Origin: Opitutaceae bacterium
GTDB taxonomy: Bacteria; Verrucomicrobiota; Verrucomicrobiia; Opitutales; Coraliomargaritaceae
DNA: 64,000 bases
Assembly: GCA_051252375.1 (NCBI GenBank)
Contig: JBPOFY010000005.1
Span: 1-64,000 of the forward strand
Reading direction: 5' to 3'
Shown here: piece after piece, positions 48,173 to 56,111 of the stretch
Numbering within the stretch: the stretch's first letter is position 1
Layout: each line of letters opens with the position of its first letter
Translations under genes and position numbers: made by a program
Notes under the pieces: generated by a model
What the model saw: the letters and a program-made list of their open reading frames with translations, nothing else
What the model was told of the DNA's origin: nothing
Database searches by the model: none

Positions 48173-49231
48173 ATGAAAGCTAAATCCAAAATCGTTATTG
48201 GCGGAGTCACTATTAAACGTGGAACAGCGCAAGACATACGCCTCGATATTTCAGAGACCTATACCGGAGATAAAATCCGTATTCCACTTCGAGTGATACG
48301 TGCCAAGAAGCCGGGACCTGCGGTGTTTGTGACCGCTGCGATTCATGGCGATGAGATCAATGGCACGGGCATTATTCACGACTTTCTTTTCGGAGACATA
48401 ATCCATTTGGAAGCCGGCATGTTGATCCTCGCTCCTGTGGTGAATGTCTTCGGTTTTGAAGCGCATGAGCGCTATCTGCCGGATCGTCGTGACCTCAATC
48501 GTTCGTTTCCGGGAAATGCGAAAGGTAGTTTAGCCAGCCGTATTGCGAATACACTGATGGAAGAGATCGTGGATAAATGCGATTATGGAATCGATCTGCA
48601 TACCGCAGCATTTCAACGCACAAATTATCCGAACGTCAGGGCAGATCTTTCGCATCCGGGCGCGAAAAAGTTAGCATCTGCCTTTGGCTGCACGCTCGTG
48701 GTTGATGGCAAAGGGCCGTTGGGATCCTTTCGCCGTGAAGCGAGTAAGCGCGGTTGCCCAACAATGATTCTTGAAGCAGGCGAACCGTGGAAAATTGAGC
48801 CATCGGTTCTGCAGATCGGCGTGCAAGGCATTCGCAATGTGTTGAATGCGCTGGGTATGTTGAAAGCAGAGCCTGTGTTGCCGCCATTTCAGGCGAATAT
48901 CCGTAAAACCTATTGGTTGCGCGCGACCGTCGGCGGTATTTTGAAATTCCATGTCAGCCCCGGTGATTTTGTCGAAGCAGATCAACCAATCGTTACGAAT
49001 TACAGTATCCTTGGCGTTGAGCAAAACTCAATCGCAGCGCCAACGGATGGTATTGTGCTCGGTATGACAACCATGCCGGCAGTAAAGCCAGGTGAGCCCA
49101 TTTGCCATATTGCTCGATTGACCAAGGTGCAACTGAATCGCTACCGCAAGAAACTGAACGCCGCAAAGGAAGATCCACACTCTCAAGCTCAGGTCGATTT
49201 AGCGACTAGCATGGATGTGGTGGAAGGGTAG
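48173..49231 (+). CDS. Succinylglutamate desuccinylase/aspartoacylase family (M14-like) deacylase
   Basis: AIHGDEING, DLNRSFPG, IDLHT, EAG. Confidence 0.88.
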   Translation: MKAKSKIVIGGVTIKRGTAQDIRLDISETYTGDKIRIPLRVIRAKKPGPAVFVTAAIHGDEINGTGIIHDFLFGDIIHLEAGMLILAPVVNVFGFEAHERYLPDRRDLNRSFPGNAKGSLASRIANTLMEEIVDKCDYGIDLHTAAFQRTNYPNVRADLSHPGAKKLASAFGCTLVVDGKGPLGSFRREASKRGCPTMILEAGEPWKIEPSVLQIGVQGIRNVLNALGMLKAEPVLPPFQANIRKTYWLRATVGGILKFHVSPGDFVEADQPIVTNYSILGVEQNSIAAPTDGIVLGMTTMPAVKPGEPICHIARLTKVQLNRYRKKLNAAKEDPHSQAQVDLATSMDVVEG

Positions 49232-49265
49232 CGCCTAGGCTTTCTTGGTGTGCTCGCTTTTCTTC

Positions 49266-49347
49266 TGGAGGGACGAGCTTCTGCTCGTCCGCTTTAGTCA
49301 GTGTGCCAACCAGATTAGATGGCGGACGTGTAAAACACGTCCCTCCA
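49266..49347. repeat. Inverted REP doublet
   Basis: TGGAGGGACGAGC-TTCT-GCTCGTCCGC and minus-strand TGGAGGGACGTGT-TTT-ACACGTCCGC. Confidence 0.85.
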
Positions 49348-49615
49348 GTAGATTCCTGTCGCTCGTTGCGTTGCCTGTTCGTCCGGTAGGACTCTGGTAT
49401 TTTTGATAAACGTTTCGAATTCTTTTGTGTTACCTAAATTTCTGAATATCATTTATTTAGGTTTTAGAAGGCGGACTAACTTTATGAAGTTCATATGCCG
49501 TTAGTCAGTCGATTCGGAATCGGATACCCACTCGGAAAACCGACTAGTGATTCTGGCACGTATAACTACGGGATCACTTATACCAAGCACGTTATAATTT
49601 ATTGATACCTAGCAA

Positions 49616-50521
49616 ATGTATAAAAATATCACTGTTTGCCTCGATCTCAGCGACAAGGATGAAGCCTTAATCGCATTTGCGATCTACTTAAAAGAATTGT
49701 ATAAGCCCAAGAGCTTGACGCTGCTCCACGGAGCGCACCTGTCCTACCTGCCCGAGACGATTAAGCGTAAATATATGACGGATGTCGCCGTCGCTAAATT
49801 AAAGACCCGAATACGTGCTGAAATTGCAGCTAAGGTCGACTCAATCCAAGATTTCTATCCGCATATTAAAATTCTCGATGGAAACCCTCGAAAAGAGATT
49901 CTTGAGTGGGTCAACACACACGACTCGGATTTAGTCGTCGTCGGAAAAAGTAGCGCCGCTCATGCCTCCTGTGCACTCGCTAAAAAGCTTACGCGGGAGT
50001 GTGAGGCTTCAGTGCTACTGGTTCCTCAGGGTGCAACGGCGAAATTCAGCAGCGTGCTGTGTCCGGTCGATTTTTCCAAAGATGCTGACGATGCGATCAC
50101 AGTTGCCTGTGAAATTGGTAAGGCTGCTGGAGCTGATTCTCTGGAGATCTTTCATCTCTACTATCACCCCATATACCAGTATGGCGAGGAAATGGCGCTC
50201 AATTATAATTTCGAGTGGAACTACGGGACTTTTAATAGCGAATTGGCCGAGTATTCCGAGGGGCAATTACAGCAACGGCGTGAGCGCACAGTCGTGCAGC
50301 AGTCGGGAATGAAGATCTCCACTAAAGTTGAAGGTGGCTTTGATATACCCTCAGCAATTGAATGTCGCGCGACCAAGTGCGAAGCGGATCTGTGTGTCGT
50401 CGGGCAATGCGATCGTAGTGGTTTGGATGCCTTCTTTTTGGGCAACAATGCGGAAACGCTCATGCACACGCTTAACGTGCCACTTTTGATTGTCGGAGAA
50501 AAATTTCACAAGGCGGGGTAG
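49616..50521 (+). CDS. Tandem-domain universal stress protein
   Basis: KNITVCLDLS, DLVVVG, VLCPVDFS, FFLGNNAE..PLLIV. Confidence 0.85.
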   Translation: MYKNITVCLDLSDKDEALIAFAIYLKELYKPKSLTLLHGAHLSYLPETIKRKYMTDVAVAKLKTRIRAEIAAKVDSIQDFYPHIKILDGNPRKEILEWVNTHDSDLVVVGKSSAAHASCALAKKLTRECEASVLLVPQGATAKFSSVLCPVDFSKDADDAITVACEIGKAAGADSLEIFHLYYHPIYQYGEEMALNYNFEWNYGTFNSELAEYSEGQLQQRRERTVVQQSGMKISTKVEGGFDIPSAIECRATKCEADLCVVGQCDRSGLDAFFLGNNAETLMHTLNVPLLIVGEKFHKAG

Positions 50522-50602
50522 GCGTCTCGGTCGGCGAGTGTCGGTCCGAAGGGATCACTCTTTTTTAACTCAATAACATGTTCGTAGGATTCGAACTTTT
50601 CC

Positions 50603-51574
50603 ATGTCATCAGACTATAAGGACTATTACGCAGTGCTAGGTGTCGAAAAAACGGCCTCGCAAGACGCGATCAAAAAAGGCTTCCGTAAGCTCGCGCGAAA
50701 GTTTCACCCCGATGTGACGGATAGTTTTAATCAGGCAGCTTCCGACGCTAAATTTAAAGAGGCAAATGAGGCTTACGAAGTCTTGGGCGATCCGGAAAAA
50801 CGCAAACGCTATGACACACTGGGTGCCAACTGGCAGCAAGCGGGACCCCAAGCTTCTGGAGCAGGAGTGCATCCTGGAGGCGGGCAGTCACGCACCGCAG
50901 AGGAGTTTAATTTCAGCGGCACAGGCTTCAGTGATTTCTTCGAACAATATTTTGCCGGAGGTGAGGGCGCGCGCCGTGGAGGCTTCGCCAATCAGGGGCG
51001 TTCTGCCCACGATTTTTCCAGACGTGGAAACGATGTGGAAGCTGAAATATCCGTTAGCTTCGAAGAAGTGGTGCAGGGGGCGAATCGGGATATTTCCCTG
51101 GTGAAAACGGACTCGGCTACGAGGCAGGAGACGACACATCGTTACCAAGTGAAAATTCCAAAAGGTATTAAGGAAGGGCAGCGCATCCGCCTTGCGGGGC
51201 AAGGCGAGGCTGGCACGGGCACGGGGGCGGCGGGCGATCTGTTCTTGCGTGTGCGCTACCTCCGACATCCTTTTCTCCGGAATGAAAATGAGAAGCTCTA
51301 TTACGATCTCGAACTCGCCCCTTGGGAGGCAGTGCTCGGCACTGCAATTGATATTCGTGTATTGGACGCAACAGTGAAGGTGAAGATTCCTTCGTGCAGT
51401 CAGAACCGCCAGCAGTTGCGGTTGCGCGGTCTCGGGCTGCCGGACAAAGCAGGCGTGCGAGGTGATTTATATGTCAATCTATTGATCGAGTTACCCAAGT
51501 CAGCGGATGCTGAAGAGCTGAAGCACTGGGAAGCCCTTTCAAATTCCAGTAAGTTCAAACCAAGAGGCGACTAA
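50603..51574 (+). CDS. cbpA: Class B J-domain protein (CbpA-like)
   Basis: KDYY..LG, HPD, FSDFFE, IRLAGQG, PWEAVLG; no Zn finger. Confidence 0.85.
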   Translation: MSSDYKDYYAVLGVEKTASQDAIKKGFRKLARKFHPDVTDSFNQAASDAKFKEANEAYEVLGDPEKRKRYDTLGANWQQAGPQASGAGVHPGGGQSRTAEEFNFSGTGFSDFFEQYFAGGEGARRGGFANQGRSAHDFSRRGNDVEAEISVSFEEVVQGANRDISLVKTDSATRQETTHRYQVKIPKGIKEGQRIRLAGQGEAGTGTGAAGDLFLRVRYLRHPFLRNENEKLYYDLELAPWEAVLGTAIDIRVLDATVKVKIPSCSQNRQQLRLRGLGLPDKAGVRGDLYVNLLIELPKSADAEELKHWEALSNSSKFKPRGD

Positions 51575-51577
51575 ATC

Positions 51578-51892
51578 ATGAGATATCAAATCACAGTGCA
51601 GTCCAAGACCACCGTCCACCCCAACACACTCTATGATCATCAAGCTGCGGCGCAGTTCGCCGGAGTGAGTGTGCGTGAGTTTCTCATTTACTGGAATCAC
51701 CACATCATTCAGCCAGCCATGAACACTGGTCGTTATGGCATCTTTTTTAACGACGAAGCGATCTTCATCGTGCGCAAAGCCGAGCAAATCAAGCGCGATT
51801 TGGGTGTGAGTGATGCCGGTGTCCGCGCCGTTCTGCTGCTGCAAAAACGTATTGAGGAGCTAACCGCTGAAGTTCGGTTCTTAAGGAATTGA
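51578..51892 (+). CDS. cbpM: CbpM-like chaperone modulator (MerR-like)
   Basis: Directly follows cbpA; IKRDLGVSDAGV..L..RIEEL..EVR. Confidence 0.7.
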   Translation: MRYQITVQSKTTVHPNTLYDHQAAAQFAGVSVREFLIYWNHHIIQPAMNTGRYGIFFNDEAIFIVRKAEQIKRDLGVSDAGVRAVLLLQKRIEELTAEVRFLRN

Positions 51893-51904
51893 ATTTTCAG
51901 GTCG

Positions 51905-52480
51905 TTATTTGCGTTTTCCGAACTGCTTAAATGTATTTCCGAAAAGGCGACGCTTTGGATGAATGTCAGGACCCTCGTAAACGCTTTTCACGTCGGACAC
52001 CGAATAGATTGCCGCCTCATCAAGCTTCTTAATTGAATGAATCAGCGCAGGAACGTTGCGCCTTTTTTCAATAATCAGCAGCAACTCCACCGGATGGGCT
52101 TCGCCCATATCGCCATCAAAGGAGACGACTTTATACCCGTCTTCGCGTAGTTCATCTGCGAGGACATCACGATTAAACGAGATGCAGCGGACAAGTTCAT
52201 CACCGATCGCAAAGTAGTTCTCAATCGTAATGCCGACATAGTTCCCCACAGCAAAACCACTCGCATAAGCCAATGCGAGATACCACTGATCAATGTTGTT
52301 TAAGACCTGGGCTGCTGCGGCTAACCAGATGATGATCTCAAAAAAGCCAATAAAGGAGGCTAAGAGCTTGCGGCCACGAAAGACAACAATTGTTCGAAAA
52401 GTCGCCAGCGAAACGTCTGCAACTCTGGCAAAAAAGATGAGCGGCACTAACAGATACGGGTAATCTAGAAACAATTCCAT
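51905..52480 (-). CDS. UPF0316 / DUF2179-type membrane protein
   Basis: ARVADVSLATFR, IGFFE, YASGFAVGNYVG, LREDGYKV. Confidence 0.8.
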   Translation of the reverse strand: MELFLDYPYLLVPLIFFARVADVSLATFRTIVVFRGRKLLASFIGFFEIIIWLAAAAQVLNNIDQWYLALAYASGFAVGNYVGITIENYFAIGDELVRCISFNRDVLADELREDGYKVVSFDGDMGEAHPVELLLIIEKRRNVPALIHSIKKLDEAAIYSVSDVKSVYEGPDIHPKRRLFGNTFKQFGKRK

Positions 52481-52685
52481 TGATACTCATCCATAATTGA
52501 AGGAATGAGTGCAAGGGCTTAGAAGCTCCGCCAAGGTCATACTTGAAGTATCCGTATTGGGTATATTTCCTTAAGTCCTAGTCTACCATAACGGATAAGC
52601 CTCAGAATGAAATTTGATTACGGTATGACCGGGTGCCAGTTAACTCTAGAAGTATGTATTATGTGGGGTGTTTCTGCACAACCAG

Positions 52686-53615
52686 TTAGAGCGGTTTGGT
52701 CGGCCACAACAGATACAAGTAAAGTCCGTATATAGCCAAGAAAACGCAGCCTTCTACTCGTGAAATAGATCGCTGGCTGTAAGCGAATGGTAGTAAGAGA
52801 ATACTTAGCCCCAACATAAAGGCGGCATCTCTCATCCCGATGTTCCCGATTACGATTGGGTGAATTGAGGCAGTGAGACCTAGTATACCGAGAATGTTGA
52901 ATATATTTGATCCGACGATCGTCCCAATCGCTACATCAGACTGCTTTTTGATTGCCGCCACTAGACTGGTGGCAAGCTCTGGCAGGCTGGTTCCGGCTGC
53001 CACAATGGTCAGCCCAATGACTGCCTCCGAAACTCCAAAACTACGCGCCAAAGCGACTGATCCAGCCACAAAAAGGTTGGACCCCAAGATTAAGACTGCA
53101 AGACCAGCAGCGATCAGAACGCCATAGATCCAAACGGGCGACCGCTCTTTCGAAGTGGTTTCTGGCTCTCCAGTTGGTTGGCTCCGGGCTGCTCGGATTG
53201 AGAAGACAATGTAGGCGCATAATCCGAGAAAGAGAATGATTCCGGCGAGCAGTGGTATCTGACCATAGGCGATAAAGCCCACCCCGATGACCGTGACGCA
53301 AATCATGAGGGGAATCTCGCGCCGGATGAGGTCGATATGAACACTCGGTGGGCGAATCAATGCCGTGATTCCTAAAATCACGGCGATGTTGAAAATATTC
53401 GATCCAATCACATTGCCCAGAGCGACATCGCTTGCGCCCTTGAATGCCGCGGAGATACTGACGATCAACTCAGGAGCACTCGTTCCAAAGGCCACAATGG
53501 TAAGACCAATGATCAGGGGTGGAATCCCGAAATGCGCAGCAAGACGCGAACTTCCCCGGACTAAGCTTTCCGATCCAAGGTAAAGCAGTAAAATCCCCGC
53601 GACGATTGAGAGCAT
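52686..53615 (-). CDS. Calcium/sodium antiporter (YrbG-like)
   Basis: Two alpha repeats GTSAPE / GTSLPE, each with GSNIFNI. Confidence 0.92.
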   Translation of the reverse strand: MLSIVAGILLLYLGSESLVRGSSRLAAHFGIPPLIIGLTIVAFGTSAPELIVSISAAFKGASDVALGNVIGSNIFNIAVILGITALIRPPSVHIDLIRREIPLMICVTVIGVGFIAYGQIPLLAGIILFLGLCAYIVFSIRAARSQPTGEPETTSKERSPVWIYGVLIAAGLAVLILGSNLFVAGSVALARSFGVSEAVIGLTIVAAGTSLPELATSLVAAIKKQSDVAIGTIVGSNIFNILGILGLTASIHPIVIGNIGMRDAAFMLGLSILLLPFAYSQRSISRVEGCVFLAIYGLYLYLLWPTKPL

Positions 53616-53654
53616 AATGTTTGATTATTAGACGCTAAGTGACTTCTGCCGGAA

Positions 53655-53715
53655 GGTAGCCGGAGCTTCCAGCTCCGGGAGTAGTCGTGAAACGGGAGCA
53701 GGATGCTCCCGCTAC
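53655..53715. repeat. Inverted REP doublet
   Basis: GGTAGCCGGAGCT-TCC-AGCTCCGG and minus-strand GTAGCGGGAGCA-TCC-TGCTCCCG. Confidence 0.8.
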
Positions 53716-53846
53716 TTTTTCTTCAATGGCACTGCGGTGGTCTTTTTGCTATCGATCACGCGCTGCTTTTCTTTGTTCGCGGCGTTGGTTTTGCCCTGTT
53801 TTTGGTTTTGATTCTTCTGTTTGGATTTTGGTGATTTGTCGCCCAT
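53712..53846 (-). CDS. 44-aa Lys/Gln-rich small protein (below the ORF-track cutoff)
   Basis: MGDKSPKSKQKNQNQKQGKTNAANKEKQRVIDSKKTTAVPLKKK*, preceded by an A/C-rich leader. Confidence 0.65.
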   Translation of the reverse strand: MGDKSPKSKQKNQNQKQGKTNAANKEKQRVIDSKKTTAVPLKKK

Positions 53847-53919
53847 GGGATTGATTGGTTTTGGTTATGTGGTTCGCGGAGTGTCTTTGAACCTATGGTG
53901 TGTAGTTGAAATGGTATGA

Positions 53920-54096
53920 CATCTATTTTCGATTCCGGCAGGTCATAGACCGTATGTAGGGAAGTAATCGCTGCGACATAGCAGTCGGCTTCAGGCGCGG
54001 TCTGCGGAATTGTCTGATAAAGGTCGCAATGCCGCACATCCGCGGCACAAAGTTCCCGAGAAAGGCGATTCTTTCAGGAGCAACAGGCGTGTTCAA
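53920..54096 (-). pseudogene. Frameshifted, truncated GT4 glycosyltransferase N-terminus
   Basis: SD-like AAGGGG + TTG, (M)NTPVAPERIAFLGNFVPRMCGIATF, continuing in another frame as DLYQTIPQTAPEADCYVAAI..YDLPE. Confidence 0.7.
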
Positions 54097-54211
54097 TGAC
54101 ACCCCTTAATAATATTTATCATTAATCAGGAGACGACGGTTGCGTAAAATTAGCAAATAGAATCAGAGGTGAATACGCAGATCGCTGAGTGCTAAACGTA
54201 GTCTACGTATT

Positions 54212-54237
54212 GCGGACGCGTAAAACGCGTCCCTCCA
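54212..54237 (-). repeat. REP-like palindrome
   Basis: TGGAGGGACGCGT-TTT-ACGCGTCCGC, a compensatory variant of 49322-49347. Confidence 0.85.
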
Positions 54238-54319
54238 GCGACCGCTACAGCTCGCCTGCGATGTCTTCGAACGAGTAGCTCCAGATGTCGGAAAAGCAGG
54301 GTTATGCGCTTTTCTTCTC

Positions 54320-55234
54320 CTAAGGCTTCTTGAGTAGCTTTTTAGGGTAGCGACCGGGGAAGGTGAGTTCGGCAATTGCTGATTTGTCGAGCTCTCCGAG
54401 GCCTGCTTTTTCGAGCAAGGTGTATTGTGCTTTAGTCGCTTTTGCTAAGGGAAGCGAAACGTTCAACTCTTTGGCGAGTTTGAGTGCGATTCCAGTATCC
54501 TTTGCGGCGTGTGCTGCTGAGAAGTAGCAATCGTGATCGCGGGTGAGCATGTCCGCCGCATCGGTTTCGAGCACACGGCTATTGGCGCCTGTTTGGCTGA
54601 ATACTTTACAAAGTAATTCGAGATCTAGGCCGAGTGCTTTGCCTAAGCCGAGACCTTCGGCGAGCGCACCTGTGTTGATATTCATCACCATGTTGACGAG
54701 TGCTTTCACTTTCGCGGCGCTGCCACTTTCGCCGATATGGATTAGGTCTTTGCTGAGGTTTCGGAGGAGTGGGCGTGCCTTGCGAAAGGCTTCGTCACTA
54801 CCGCCAACCATTAGGTAAAGCGTGCCGTCGCGTGCCTGTGTAATAGAAGATGCCATGCATGCCTCCAAGCTCTCGGCGCCGACTTTGTTCGCGAGGGCTT
54901 CAATCTCAATGTGTGTCTTCGGGCTGACGGTCGCGCAGTTAATGAATAGTTTGCCTTCCGCGTTTGTAAGTAGGTTGTCCTTCTGTCCTTGATATATATT
55001 ACGCATCGCGGCGTCATCGCTGACCACGGTAATGATTACTTTTGAGCATGCGGTGACATCAGCCAGTTTAGTCGCTGCGGAGCAGCCGAGTTCTTTGGCG
55101 AGTGTGCGTGCGGCAATTTGGTTCGTGTCGTAGACAGCGCTAATCGTGTAGCCACAATCGTGTAAACGACGTGCCATGTTGGCTCCCATCCGGCCGACGC
55201 CGACGACTCCAATTTTCGAGCGTTTACTTATCAT
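54320..55234 (-). CDS. NAD(P)-dependent beta-hydroxyacid dehydrogenase family oxidoreductase
   Basis: IGVVGVGRMG.NMA, GTLYLMVGG, KALVN, AAKD. Confidence 0.85.
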   Translation of the reverse strand: MISKRSKIGVVGVGRMGANMARRLHDCGYTISAVYDTNQIAARTLAKELGCSAATKLADVTACSKVIITVVSDDAAMRNIYQGQKDNLLTNAEGKLFINCATVSPKTHIEIEALANKVGAESLEACMASSITQARDGTLYLMVGGSDEAFRKARPLLRNLSKDLIHIGESGSAAKVKALVNMVMNINTGALAEGLGLGKALGLDLELLCKVFSQTGANSRVLETDAADMLTRDHDCYFSAAHAAKDTGIALKLAKELNVSLPLAKATKAQYTLLEKAGLGELDKSAIAELTFPGRYPKKLLKKP

Positions 55235-55251
55235 TTTAACGAAGAGTTATG

Positions 55252-56094
55252 TTATTTGAATTCAGGGAAGAAAGGGTTGCGCGATTTTTCTTCGCCGACA
55301 GTCGTGCATGGTCCGTGTCCTGGACAGAGCACGGTTTCATCTGGCAGGCTGAGTAAGTGATCGCGGTTGTTTTTGAGCGCTTGCGTGTAGGTCGCTTCAG
55401 TTTTTGTGCCACCTTGTGACAGGCAGAATAATGAATCGCCGCATATAGCGACACGACGCTCTAATCCTTTGATAAGATAGCTGGTGCCGCCGGGGGAGTG
55501 TCCGTTTGTGAGGCGTGCCTCGATGTGCAATCCAGCAATCTCAAATGTGTCGGCGTGGTTTACAGGTGTGGCACTTGCATATGGTTCGAGGGCGGGCGCG
55601 AAGGTTTGGATATCCGTGTGGGCAGCGAGCAACGCATCACAGGCTGCAATGTGATCCGGATGCGTGTGTGTGATGAAGAGTGCTTTTATGTCTAGTCCTA
55701 GGTTTTTCGCCACCGCTAGCATTGCATCTACATTTGCGCCGGTGTCGAAAGCGATGGCTTCATTACGTGCTGGGCTCTTAACTAAGAAACTATTCACCGT
55801 CATCTCCTCGTAGCCAGGCACGGGGAAGGGTGTGTTGTAGCCATATAATCCAGTGATCTCTATGGCGTTTGGTTGCCAGATTTGTTGTGCCATTGCGACC
55901 AACGCATCGGTTGCTAAATGTAGCACTGGCGCGACCGCGCGTAGGTGAGCTTCGTGAAAAGTGCCGTCGAGTAATTCTGCGACTTCGTCGTGCGTGAGTC
56001 CTGCCGCATCGGCGAGTGCTTGTTTGCCAAGTCCTAAGCCTGTGGCGGCTTTCATTAGGACATCTTCGAAATTGTCTTCAATGCGTATCGGCAT
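55252..56094 (-). CDS. MBL-fold metallo-hydrolase with N-terminal HTH-like extension
   Basis: THTHPDH, GHSPGG, GDSLF, PGHG..T...EK..NPF. Confidence 0.85.
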   Translation of the reverse strand: MPIRIEDNFEDVLMKAATGLGLGKQALADAAGLTHDEVAELLDGTFHEAHLRAVAPVLHLATDALVAMAQQIWQPNAIEITGLYGYNTPFPVPGYEEMTVNSFLVKSPARNEAIAFDTGANVDAMLAVAKNLGLDIKALFITHTHPDHIAACDALLAAHTDIQTFAPALEPYASATPVNHADTFEIAGLHIEARLTNGHSPGGTSYLIKGLERRVAICGDSLFCLSQGGTKTEATYTQALKNNRDHLLSLPDETVLCPGHGPCTTVGEEKSRNPFFPEFK

Positions 56095-56111
56095 AATCGG
56101 GCGTTTTTAGG

